This document shows positions 48,654 to 59,749 of a stretch of DNA of 64,000 nucleotides, one piece after another. The DNA comes from Hamiltosporidium tvaerminnensis FI-OER-3-3 (Eukaryota > Fungi > Microsporidia): contig CM061252.1 in NCBI GenBank assembly GCA_022605425.2, positions 682,001 through 746,000 on the forward strand. The letters are read 5' to 3'. A model generated the notes under the pieces. The model was not told the DNA's origin. It searched no databases and saw only the letters and a list, made by a program, of their open reading frames with translations. The position numbers and the translations under genes were made by a program. Numbering within the stretch: position 1 is the stretch's first letter; the number at the start of each line of letters is the position of its first letter.

Positions 48654-49775
48654 CAGGGGTCTCCAAATTACGGCCCGCGGAAACTTTTCATTCGATGATC
48701 CGCAACTATTTTTTTAATCAAGTAGATTTTTTTTAAATATGGAAATAAATAAAAAAATATATTTAAATCATACAAAATGGATTACAAGTATAAGTAATTC
48801 GTCATGAATTTGTAATCCAAATAAGATTCATAGAGTTTTAATTATTTTTATATTATTATATACTAAAAAATCAAACTGAAATAACAAGAAATATAAAATA
48901 AGTATTACTTTATTTAAAAGTATCACATCTTTTTTAAAATATGGCAAGTGTTATAGTTGTTTTAATGACATTAACGCAGTTCTAGGTTTAACATAAATGA
49001 CTGCTACCCCAACACTCCATCGGTAACCCCTGCGATACCTACGTCCCAAAGCCTTTCATCTACCAGGTGCGTAGAACCTAATTAATAGGCGAGGCGGTTG
49101 CCCGGAGTTCGTTAATGTCCGTTGCATGGAGTGTGATCGAAGGCCGAGGCCCCCCCTGGGCTCCCCCAAGACTATGCAGCATTCCCACTTACTCTACACT
49201 TTCTGAACCCAATAAACTTCTAGCTAAGATATATTTCAGAGATTTACATGGGGTCCACCTAGACAGTACAATGTCATACCAACAGGTATAACCTGCTCCT
49301 TAGCTCTCCCGGCTTTTAATGGGTTTTATTTTTATATCTCCCAGGCGCTAGGTCTTCTAATCCGAGTGAGTAAGGTTAGGTTTCCATGCTTTTACATGGC
49401 AATTACCTACATGTTCAGATGCGGTCTACAATCTAGTTACATAAAAAACTACAAATAAATTTGTAGAAAAAGTTTCTCTATTTCTTAGACCTCTTCTCCT
49501 CATAACAACTCTCATGGAACAACCGAAGATGTAGTGTGGTTGTATTCCCACCAAAAATCCAAACAATGATCTCATACCAGTTTCACACACTCATTGCCAA
49601 GCAGAAAGTTTTTTTTGTGGTTATCCTCCCTCCACATATTTGATTTAAAAATATTAATAATTAAAATTACCGAAATATTTTTGAGTATGGTGGCATAAAA
49701 CGATGTGTCCCTAGGGAGAGAGACTTTTTTTAGAAGTTAATGTGGGCTGCAAGCAAAAAAGATTAGAGACTCTTG
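48654..49775. mobile_element. Non-autonomous hAT (Buster/Charlie-like) element
   Basis: Left end CAGGGGTCTCCAAATTACGGCCCGCGG; right end TTAGAGACTCTTG (degenerate TIR). 8-bp flanks GTATATAC / GTATATTT with central TA. Confidence 0.7.
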
Positions 49776-49944
49776 GTATATTTTGTTAAAAAAGATCGGA
49801 ACCAAAAAAACTCTAAATTTTCATATATTTTTGATAAAAATTTTGATTCCATTGTGATAAAAAAAAAATAGTTAGAATATTTAATACCTATATTATTCTT
49901 TGGAGTGTTTTTTTTATAATCTCTATTTATACATTTATATATAT

Positions 49945-51185
49945 ATTCGTTTCAAATGTCAAAAAAAATCTGGATACATAAAAATTATTAAATATTTTGT
50001 ATCATAGATCATTTAATAATTTTTTTTGTTTTTAGATCACCTTTTAAAGAGTTATATAATCAGCTGGGAATAAACATTATATAGTGAAATTAAGCTTAAA
50101 AAGCCATTTAAAAAGAATAATATTTGAATTGTTTCAAGTAGCTAGGTCTACAGTTAATGATACTTACAAGAATATAGAAATAGAAAAGTTCTAAACCGTA
50201 AACAGGTATCTGGACTATTTCTCATTTATAGATATTACCAATCGAATTTCTAATTTTAGAAGAGAAAATCTCAAAATTGAAAATGTTATTTAATTTTAAT
50301 GGTACTGTTCAAAATATAAAATATCACCTGAATAATTTGAAAATATGTCTATGTACTGCTCATAACATTGTTGTCCCCAAAAAATATGGTTGCTAGATTT
50401 AAAATTATTCTTTTTAATTTAAGACGATGGTCGGAAACGTACAGTATTTAGAGATGAATCCGAGTTTAACTTGTTTAATTCAGATGCTTGGGTTTGTGTA
50501 TGGAAGAAGCAGCGTTTACCTCCACACCAATCTTAAATATATGATATCAACACTACAATATGATTGTAAATATAATAGATGTGGTGTCGATCATATCAAC
50601 ATGTTGCCAATTTAAGATTTTTTGACACTACTATGGTCTGATTATAATACATTGGCAGGCTTGCAAATAATTTAGAATCATCTAGTAGAACTATGTGTTT
50701 AGACTTTATAATTTTTAAGCAATTAATGATCCTAAACATAGATCAAAGGTTATTTACAATATTTTGAAATACTTCCTTGGATATTCCGATACCCAATTAA
50801 AACGCAATAGAACCAATTTGAATTTATATGAAATTTGAACTGCTTAATTTTACTTTTAAATATATGAATGAGGTAAAACAAAAATTAATCGAAATTTGGA
50901 ATGAAATTCATAATGCTTTTGAGCAAAAACTTGTTATGTCTATGAAAAAAGAAGCATTGGTTATCTTAAGTACTCATAAAAGATATACTAAATATGAAAT
51001 AGAGTGTCCTGTTTTGTTTGACTAAACTTTATGAAATTTAATCTTTTTGTTTTATATAGACAATATTGTACGAATGAACTTTGCTATATTTGTAAATAAA
51101 TCAATATTCTCATTAAAATTTTCAATCTAACCTCTCAATATAATTTTCTTTATATATAGGTTTCGTTTTTTTTGACATCTATATG
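49945..51185 (+). mobile_element. Decayed Tc1-like transposon
   Basis: VFRDESEFNLFNSD...VWR (~50444-50508), NDPKH (~50725-50740), and terminal RYTKY (~50981-50995). Inverted ATGTCAAAAAAAA at ~49956 and ~51166-51178. Confidence 0.8.
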
Positions 51186-51189
51186 TCTC

Positions 51190-51830
51190 TGCATTCATAG
51201 AAATTTAGAAGTCTTTAAAAATATTCTTCTTATATTTTGTCGCAATAGTATGCTAGATATTACATACAAAATTATCACAACGCTAAGATGATAAGATCTC
51301 AATACTTGGCTATTAGGTTATCTTACAATAATTTCTATGTTTAAACATTTGGGAAATATTTGCAAGCGAATCCTACTTCGATGAATGCTAGCACACTTTT
51401 ACTCTTATCTCACAAAATATACGATAATAATGCTCCGAATCTCAACACAGGCATTTATTCTGGTGTCCAAATTAATTTTCGTATATTCGTTATAGGGAAT
51501 TTACTGGAATGCATAGTTTATGATTCGTTTGAACACTTGAATGTATATTTTATGTATAATTGCAGGTGTATATATGATATAACTTCATTATGTCGTCTAG
51601 TATAGTCGTTCAAAAGCTTTTTCTAGTATCTGTACTCAAAATCTCTACGGATTTTCTAAACTGATTGCAGCTTTTACAAACATCATTGGCTCCCTGAATA
51701 TGCTTCGGTTTAAAATATAGCAGAACAATGCTTCCTCATTCGATCATTAATCTAGTTCATTTGATCAAATAAAATAGAATAATATATTTTGTATAAATTT
51801 TTTTTTATTTATTCCAATACTCCTGTCCTT
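51190..51830 (-). mobile_element. Divergent REL-endonuclease retrotransposon fragment
   Basis: Minus strand reads DYTRRHNEV (~51581-51607) and DKSK....FIEVG (~51370-51410). Confidence 0.7.
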
Positions 51831-52601
51831 AGGGAATTAAATAAACAGATGGTATTTGTGATCTTTCTATTAGATTCTTGTAATCTGGTGTTATGTTTCA
51901 GGTAAATAGATTATTGGCTCATAGGTCATTGCCTTGAATAAGGGCGTGCTTCCTTATGCAATAGACATGCTATTTCTTATTAACACTCTGTCTTTCAAAG
52001 CGGGTACCCACCTTCGGCCACGAGAACCCTATTTCCACATAATTCTTCAGATATAAGTTAAAGAAGAGGTCTCCGGGTTCCCGTCGGGCCTAATATAAAA
52101 GCCTTTCAGCAAATATTTGGTAAACAAATTTTAAATTTAATAAATGTTTCATAAAAAAATAGAACTTCAGAGGAAAAAAGATATTTACAGCTTAAACGAT
52201 CACCAAATTCTCAGATTTAAATAAATCGGATAAAATAGTTATAATTGTATTAAATTTAAGAGAATTTAATTATATTCAAGGTATTATAAAGAAGAAAAAG
52301 CTAAAATCTTAGTATTTCTTTAAAATATCCAAAATATTACAGTATAACAAACCTTTAATAGTGCCATGGAAGATTAATTATTGGAATATAAAAACAATTT
52401 CCGAACAATTAAAACAATAAAAATTTACAAATTTAAATAATAATACTTTTTTACCTAATTTTTATTTTAACAAAGATTCTTGGTTTATATCAAATTTCAT
52501 TCAGAAAACGAATTTTTCAAAACAAAAATTTGACTAAGAAATTTCTTTTTAAAAAAATTTTGTTAAACCCTTTTATATCACAAAAATATAAATACGCATA
52601 A

Positions 52602-54740
52602 ATGAATACAGAGAACGATACAATCAATGAAGAAATACGAAAATTTATAGAAACAACGACAAAACCAGAAAATATTACTTATAAAAATGTAAATCAAGAT
52701 ATAGAAACCAAAGATAATGAAATAAATAATTTAATATTTGTTTTAGAGAATTTAAATAAAATTTATGGCAAAATAAATGATGCCCTGATTATAGATGATA
52801 AAGATAAGCTTAAGACGGCTGTTTTTGGAACAGATGTGAAGATGAACATGGTATGTGAATCTCTATTAAAGGTATTACGAGATGTTTGTGTAGAAAGAAA
52901 CGAATACAAGCAAAACAAAACAGAGCTTTTAGAAAAAATAGAAAATTTAGAGAATGAAAAGGATTTGCTAAAAGAAAAGTTACACGACTTCGAACAAAAG
53001 AATTTGTATGCCAAAAATGGAAATAATGAACTAAACAGAGTAATTAAAGATCAAAAAGAAAGAATAAAAAGTTACCGAGACAAAGCGAACACTGAAAAGA
53101 AAACTTGTGATGACATAAAAGCTTTAAATATGGAAATTGAAACTTCAAAAAACAAAATTCTTGAAAAAAATAAAATTTTAGAAAAAGAAATTTCAATTTT
53201 AAATTCAAGACTGAAAGAAAAAGAGGATGAAATTTCTGAATTTAAATTACAAGTAAAAACAAAGGAAATTAAGGAATGTGAATTTAAAAATAGAAATATT
53301 GAAATTTCTCAAGAACTTGAAAATACAAAAACAAAACTTGATACCAAAGACAAGGCGCTTGGTATTTGTAATTCTGAGCTTGTTCGACTGATTTCTAAAG
53401 ATAAAAAAATAAATCGAGAGCTCCAGACTTTTAAAGATAAAAGTAATTATTATGAAAGGCTCTATCAGAGTGTAAGCAAACAAAATGAATATTTAAATGA
53501 GCAATTGACACGAATTCTCAATTTAAATAATATTCATTCAATTACGAATACAATAAATGATTCTATGAATACTGAGGATAAAGTTTTAGAAAATAAAAAC
53601 GAAGAAAATAATTTAAATCTTGAAAAAATGAAAGAAAATTTTAGGAAGATAAAAAGGAAACTTAAAAGTTATAAATCTAAATATTCTAGAAAAAATAAGG
53701 AGATAGATACGTTACATGAAAATTACAATAAAGAAAATAATGAAATACAACGAATGGCGAATGAAATTAAAAAATTAAGAGAAGAAAATCAGAGAGTTCT
53801 GGACAAAAATAAAAAAATGACAGAAAATTATATTTCAAAAATGGAGGATTTGGTTGAAAAGAACAAACAATATCAGAATAAAATAATACAACTTAGAACC
53901 GAGTCGATTTCAGATATTAAGGATATAAAATCAGAAAAGGGAAATTTCAAATATTTCTTTGATGAAAAACCTTACAACTTCAAAGCAGATGATTTTCAAA
54001 ATTTTTATAATTTAGACGATTTTAAAGAAGAAAATGTAGAATCAAAAAAGACTCCAAATTTCTTTGAAGATTTTAAATTTAAAGAAAAATTTTCAGATTC
54101 CGAAAGTTTTGAATACGAAAATATTAACTTTAATCCTAAAAAATTAATAGATTTGAGTATAAAATCAATCATAAAGGAAAAAAATAATAATGAGTATACG
54201 AGAATGAAGGGGGCTCTCAGTAAAGATTATTTCGAAGAAATTTCGGATGCTAAAATTATAGAAGAGGTAAAAGAAAAACAATTCGAGCAAAATAATATAG
54301 ACAAAAACCAAGAAACAAATAATATTCCTAAAGAAATATCTACAAACGATAAAAATTTCACTGAAAAAATCAATCAAGACAGTGAAAAACAAGAAATAAA
54401 TGAGAAAAAACAGGATTTTCAATTCAATAATATTCCTTCTGAAACCTACAAATGGAAAGATAAAAATAATGATTCGGACTCTTCTGATTCCTCCTTAAAA
54501 AACCCATCAGATTTCTCTGAAAAATCTATAAAATCTGTACATACAACATCAACCTTAAAAGAAATGATAGAAAAAACAGAAAAAATGAAACAAAAATTCA
54601 ATGAATTGGATGAAAAACTTAATTCAATAAAAAACAGTAACAAAAATTTACCAGAAAAACTCCACAATCAAATACAGGAATACACAAATTATTATTACAC
54701 AGACTTTCTTGATTTAGAAAACGATCCAAACTTTCTATAA
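52602..54740 (+). CDS. Coiled-coil protein of unknown function (712 aa)
   Basis: Long ORF with a heptad-rich K/E/N/L N-terminal two thirds and a short C-terminal coil. CCC motif ~30 nt upstream. Confidence 0.85.
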   Translation: MNTENDTINEEIRKFIETTTKPENITYKNVNQDIETKDNEINNLIFVLENLNKIYGKINDALIIDDKDKLKTAVFGTDVKMNMVCESLLKVLRDVCVERNEYKQNKTELLEKIENLENEKDLLKEKLHDFEQKNLYAKNGNNELNRVIKDQKERIKSYRDKANTEKKTCDDIKALNMEIETSKNKILEKNKILEKEISILNSRLKEKEDEISEFKLQVKTKEIKECEFKNRNIEISQELENTKTKLDTKDKALGICNSELVRLISKDKKINRELQTFKDKSNYYERLYQSVSKQNEYLNEQLTRILNLNNIHSITNTINDSMNTEDKVLENKNEENNLNLEKMKENFRKIKRKLKSYKSKYSRKNKEIDTLHENYNKENNEIQRMANEIKKLREENQRVLDKNKKMTENYISKMEDLVEKNKQYQNKIIQLRTESISDIKDIKSEKGNFKYFFDEKPYNFKADDFQNFYNLDDFKEENVESKKTPNFFEDFKFKEKFSDSESFEYENINFNPKKLIDLSIKSIIKEKNNNEYTRMKGALSKDYFEEISDAKIIEEVKEKQFEQNNIDKNQETNNIPKEISTNDKNFTEKINQDSEKQEINEKKQDFQFNNIPSETYKWKDKNNDSDSSDSSLKNPSDFSEKSIKSVHTTSTLKEMIEKTEKMKQKFNELDEKLNSIKNSNKNLPEKLHNQIQEYTNYYYTDFLDLENDPNFL

Positions 54741-54889
54741 ATCTCATTTTTATTTTTTAGTAAATATTTTTATCTAAATCTTTACAAAAATCAAATATTT
54801 TAAAATATTTTGTTTTCATTTTCTAACAAATAATATTTTAATGAATAATTTATTTTACTTGTTTTAATAATTTTATTCTTATTCATTTA

Positions 54890-55660
54890 GATCACAAAAC
54901 GCCATAATTTTTAGTCCGCGGGTCATATTAACTTCTATAAAATGTCTATAGGATCTAAAAATTATTAGACTTTATACCAACGCACTGAAAAGTATTTCTT
55001 TAATGTTTATTCTTAATATTACTAATGAAATATTAAAAGTTTCATACGGTTTTTCAAAAAAATTAAATGTATCTTACAATATTTTTAAAGAAAAATATTC
55101 GAATTAATTCTGGAATTTTATAGCTCTTTCCTGCCTCCCAATTCAATCATCTCTTTAAATTTCCAGGGTGTTTATTTCCGCTGTCAGTCCTACATATCTC
55201 CAAGAAGATACATTCTCTAAAATGAAATACACAAAAAACATTTAAAATTCAAATTAACCGTAAACACTTGAAGTCGTTTATCGATATATTTTACTAATAA
55301 ATTTAACACAAAATAAAAATTATTCATTATTGTGTCTCAACTACATCAACCTCATTAATAATATATTATGGTACATTTTTTTTATTTCCTTTCTAATTAT
55401 AAGTTTTAAATAATAGAAAAAATATGATTTTTGTTTAACAAAAATTTTAAAAGTTTATTAACTTTCTTCTTTTAGAAATTCATACCAAGAATTATATGGA
55501 ATTGTAATTTTCTTGCTATAATTTTTTTATATTTTTCGATCTTATTTAAAAACACACTTACTCTACAAGAAAATTGTGACATACAGGATACAAGTAATGT
55601 CTGAACAGCTGCTGCGGACCAGAAAAAACGTTTCTACAGTCTCGATTTTGAGATTCTTAA
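54890..55660. mobile_element. Possible very decayed hAT-type MITE
   Basis: TTTTTAGTCCGCGGGTCATA near the left edge and GCGGACCAG...TTTGAGATTCTT near the right edge resemble the ends of 48654-49775. Confidence 0.3.
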
Positions 55661-57176
55661 TTTAAATTATAAAAATTAACATTAGATTGTGTTTTATACA
55701 TAATGTATTAATAAAATATTTTGTAAGAGGAATCTACATTCAAATTTCTCTTTTATAATTGTCGTAATCTTTCTCGAGGCATCCAGATAAAAGGTATATT
55801 TATTAGAGACAGGTTCTATCATATAAATTAAAGGGATCGTTAACCCGTTTAACTAAAGAGTTGTCTTTTATAAAAAAAAGTTTACATTTTATTGCTTTAG
55901 TTCTTTTGTTTATTTTCTTCCACCATTAAGGTTTCAGTAAAATTTTATTTTATATTTTATAAGGGAATTTAAAAACCGATAATTATGTAGTAGAATATTA
56001 CAATAATACTTTTATTTCTGTTTGTTTATTCAATAATTTAATCCTCATTTGTAGAATATTAAACTTAGTTTATTACTGTTTCTTTATCAAATAAATTAAT
56101 CTTCATTTGTAGAATATTAAAATTAATATCAATAATAATTCATGCTGATTAAAATTGAAGAATTTATTAATTTTAAAAATAATTTTGCTTCCAATTCATA
56201 TTTCAATTGGAACATTTGTAATTTTAATAATTTATAGAAATTCTAGACATTAAGCTCATAGAAACGAACTTTTTTTACATTTCTAAGAAAAAACTCCGAA
56301 TTAATCTTAAACTTCACTATCTGAGGTATAATTTCTTAAGATTTTCAATAAAAATTTTATACTCTCACCTAATGTGTTCTTCGTATATTTTTTAGTCCTT
56401 CATTTTTGGATTATTTGCCGCTCTTAAGCAATTTCTCAAAAAAATTTTAGGATATTTTTAATGACGTATTGCCCTCCTTCTATTTTATTTACTTTCAATT
56501 TTTCAAAACTTCATCTCTGCATTTTATGTTTAACCTGTTCACTTTCCAACTATTTTTATTCAATTATGTCTTTTGTCTCAAATATATTTATTCAGATGTT
56601 GAATTTTCTTTGTCTGAAAACACTGTTCATTTAACTATATGCAGTCTTATTTATTTTATTTATTCTATAAATTCTTGGTCATTTCTACCACAAATCTTTG
56701 ATTTAATCAAGTACAAAGTTCTTTGAAGGTATTCAAGCCATATTTGTTATATGCAATTAGTATTAAGAATATAAATAAATTGCACGGAAGAACGGCAAAA
56801 AAACATCATTTGTATCATAAAATGTTTTATGCAACTGTAAATTCTTAGAAAAGAAATCAGAACAAATTAATTTAATTTTTTTTAGACAGAATATTTAGAA
56901 AAATGAAAACAAATGTATTTATTCGTTTCTCCTTATATATTCATACAATCTAGAAAGGATTTTTACAATTTTTATTGCTAATATTTTTTTGAACCAATAA
57001 AATTTTTTTAATTGTTTTATTTTCACTTCTACTCACTATTATTGGTTGCATAAGATTTATGAACAAATAGAAAGAGACATATCTTACTTGGAGCACTCTT
57101 ATTAGTGACTTAGATTCTTTTAAACAATTAAACATTTCGAGGTGAGTTGTCGTAGTCGTCTGAACATTGCTGAATT

Positions 57177-57416
57177 TTCATTCATTCATCCTTGGCACTT
57201 CAGCTCTGTGCGAGCCTTGGCCTCCCTTAGTAGTATCGCCCACCGGTCTTTTTCCAGTGGGTTTGTTCACTTATAGGATTTCGTAACGAGGTAGTTTTAA
57301 AGGGTGGGTTGTTAGCCCTACGCCCAACCCCAACATGGAGGATCAGTCCTGTTTAGTCGCCTCTTACGACAAGCAGAGAATACTCCAAGCCAATTCTGCT
57401 CCCGGCATAGTGGGGA
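57177..57416 (-). mobile_element. 240-bp RTE-derived SINE-like retroposon, 11-bp TSD
   Basis: Perfect TSD ATTGCTGAATT at 57166-57176 and 57417-57427. (GAAT)n tail. 3' end GGAGGCCAAGGCTCGCACAGAGCTG.AGTGCC resembles the RTE end at 18377-18407. Second copy at 5271-5509. Confidence 0.92.
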
Positions 57417-57538
57417 ATTGCTGAATTATATAAATGATAAATATAAATTTTCATAATCTTTAATATAAATTAGTTATAAAAATCTGAATATAAAAATATT
57501 TCCATTATTATTTTAACTAAAACTATTTTTAGGATTAA

Positions 57539-57987
57539 GATAACATGGGACGGTATTGTGACAAAATACCATAAGACTTATCTTAAAAGATTACAAATAC
57601 CCATAAATGTAGAGGCATACATTCAGTCCATAGTACTTAAGAAAACAGTCGAAATGATTTCCTTCGATCGACGAAGAGGAATTGAGTCAGGACCAAGTGC
57701 CGAAGAGAGTTGGGAGAGAGCGTCATTAAGTGTTATTATAGGAGCTGAGATGCATAAACAGCCAACACCCCCCTTAAAAGAAGTGAAGAACGAGGAAGAT
57801 AGTGTTAAACAAGTAAATACAAAAAATATTTTACCCCTTATTTTAGATGACGTTACTAGATTAGAGGAACCGACGATAGACATTAATGATAAGTCGGATT
57901 TAGAAAAAGAGAATAAAGTGGTTAAAGTGATGGAAGAAATTAGTTAAACGAGAGAAAATTTGTAAACCCAGAATTTTATTAAATAAA
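57539..57987 (+). mobile_element. 5'-truncated R4-like copy (second subfamily), 14-bp TSD
   Basis: ORF 57558-57947 is homologous to the element C-terminus. TSD ATTTTTAGGATTAA at 57525-57538 and 57988-58001. Confidence 0.92.
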
Positions 57988-58010
57988 ATTTTTAGGATTA
58001 AAAGTATATT

Positions 58011-58214
58011 TTTATTTAATAAAATTCTGGGTTTACAAATTTTTCTCTTTTAAATAATTATTTCCACCATTTCAACCATTTCTATCTCTTCCTCCAACTC
58101 CAACTCTTCATTTATATTAGTTGTTGGTTGCTTTGCTGTGGTTATGCCATCCAAAATAAGGGGTAAAATATTTTTTGTATTTTGTGTTTTAACATCATCT
58201 TCCTCGTTGTCTAG
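58011..58214 (-). mobile_element. Very short 5'-truncated R4-like copy, 10-bp TSD
   Basis: Reverse complement of the element 3' end. TSD AAAGTATATT at 58001-58010 and 58215-58224. Confidence 0.88.
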
Positions 58215-58590
58215 AAAGTATATTAATAAATATTTATTTTAATTTTAAAAATAATCAAAGGTATGATAAAACTCATTGATTGAAGCAAGGTTATTTTCAT
58301 ATTTAATACTCGAGAATGCTATAACCATATTTTTAGATGATATTGGTGATTTAAAAAAAGAAGTACTAATTGTTCTTAAGAGACACCGGTATTATACTTT
58401 TATTATATTTTTAGTCGAATTAGTACATTTATTTGCTTATCTTGAAAAAAAATGTTCAAAAAAATTTTAAGTTTACATTGGTAAAAATTTTAGTAAATTT
58501 CGTAATTTAAATCAAATCAAGATAACTTTTGTTATATGAAACTTGTTTGAAGAGAAAATAAGAATATCTGAAATATTTTGTTGTTTTTGT

Positions 58591-59637
58591 ATGAAAGTGA
58601 TTCCTATAATTATATTATATGTATTTTCTATTTTAGTGGTTTATGCTTCTACTTGTCAGAAACGAAATTATAAAGAGTACTTAAATGTCTATAATGCTAT
58701 TTCTTTGCCTATATTGGCTTCTTTGGCACTTTTTATGACATATATATGTCTAAAGGTTGTAAAAGTGTATTTTATGAATGTTATTTTGGCCACAATATTT
58801 TCTTTTTTAAGTTTTTTTAGTTTGATATCTAATTTTGAATTATTCTATCGGTTCGCAAAAGTAAAAATTTTTGGTAAGAAACCACAACCAATACCAGTAA
58901 ATGATGCGAATACTACAATAGTTTCTATATTATATGAAGATCAAATAATGATTAACACCAGTTGTACTCCTTTAACTTCGTTTGAAGAAAGTAATAGTGA
59001 TCAAAACAGTGGATACTTTTTAAAAAAATATTATAATAATATTTTGGAATGGTATAGCAATTTGACATTTATGAAATTATTATGTATTTCTATTAGTATG
59101 ATGTTATGTTTGTTGTATGTCATATCTACTCATTGGATATTGATAAATATAATGACGATATCAGTTATGTTTCAGACAATACGAAATATAGGATTGGATT
59201 CTACACGTACAGGAATTTTTATTTTATTGGCGCTATTCTTGTATGATGTTGTATGGGTTTTTTCTGGAAATGTTATGGAAACAGTTTCGGAAAAAATACA
59301 AATACCAGTCAAAATAGTTGTTCCGAATGAAAAAAATACCTTTACAATTATAGGATTAGGTGATCTTTTTATACCCGGTCTTTTTTTATCGATGATACGA
59401 AATTTTTCGATTCGACAGAAAAAAATTGGAATATATTGGTTTACTTTATTGGGATATTCTTTGGGTCTCGGGATTGCAATATGTTTTATGGTTTTGTTTA
59501 AAAAATCTCAGCCTGCGTTGATGTATATTTGCCCGTTATTGTTACTAACATCATTTACTTACAGTTTATATTTGAATATGTTTAAAGATTTTTTGATATA
59601 CAAACAAAACAATACATTTTATGAAATTGAAAACTGA
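58591..59637 (+). CDS. Signal peptide peptidase (GxGD intramembrane aspartyl protease, HM13/SPP family)
   Basis: LFLYDVVWVF, IGLGDLFIPG and QPALMY motifs; multiple TM segments. First in-frame ATG is 58591. Confidence 0.93.
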   Translation: MKVIPIIILYVFSILVVYASTCQKRNYKEYLNVYNAISLPILASLALFMTYICLKVVKVYFMNVILATIFSFLSFFSLISNFELFYRFAKVKIFGKKPQPIPVNDANTTIVSILYEDQIMINTSCTPLTSFEESNSDQNSGYFLKKYYNNILEWYSNLTFMKLLCISISMMLCLLYVISTHWILINIMTISVMFQTIRNIGLDSTRTGIFILLALFLYDVVWVFSGNVMETVSEKIQIPVKIVVPNEKNTFTIIGLGDLFIPGLFLSMIRNFSIRQKKIGIYWFTLLGYSLGLGIAICFMVLFKKSQPALMYICPLLLLTSFTYSLYLNMFKDFLIYKQNNTFYEIEN

Positions 59638-59749
59638 AATGTGTATTCTTAGCTTAAAAAAATCAAAAAAACTTCATTGTAAGGTGTCATTTAAATTTAT
59701 AGAAATAAATATAAAAATCTTGTTTAGTCCAACTATTAAATACAAATAT

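Noticed and set aside
36848-59637. Apparent ER/secretory cluster (KDSR, GRP94-like, REP, SPP)
   Set aside because: Few genes, widely spaced, and no shared regulatory motif seen. Compatible with chance.
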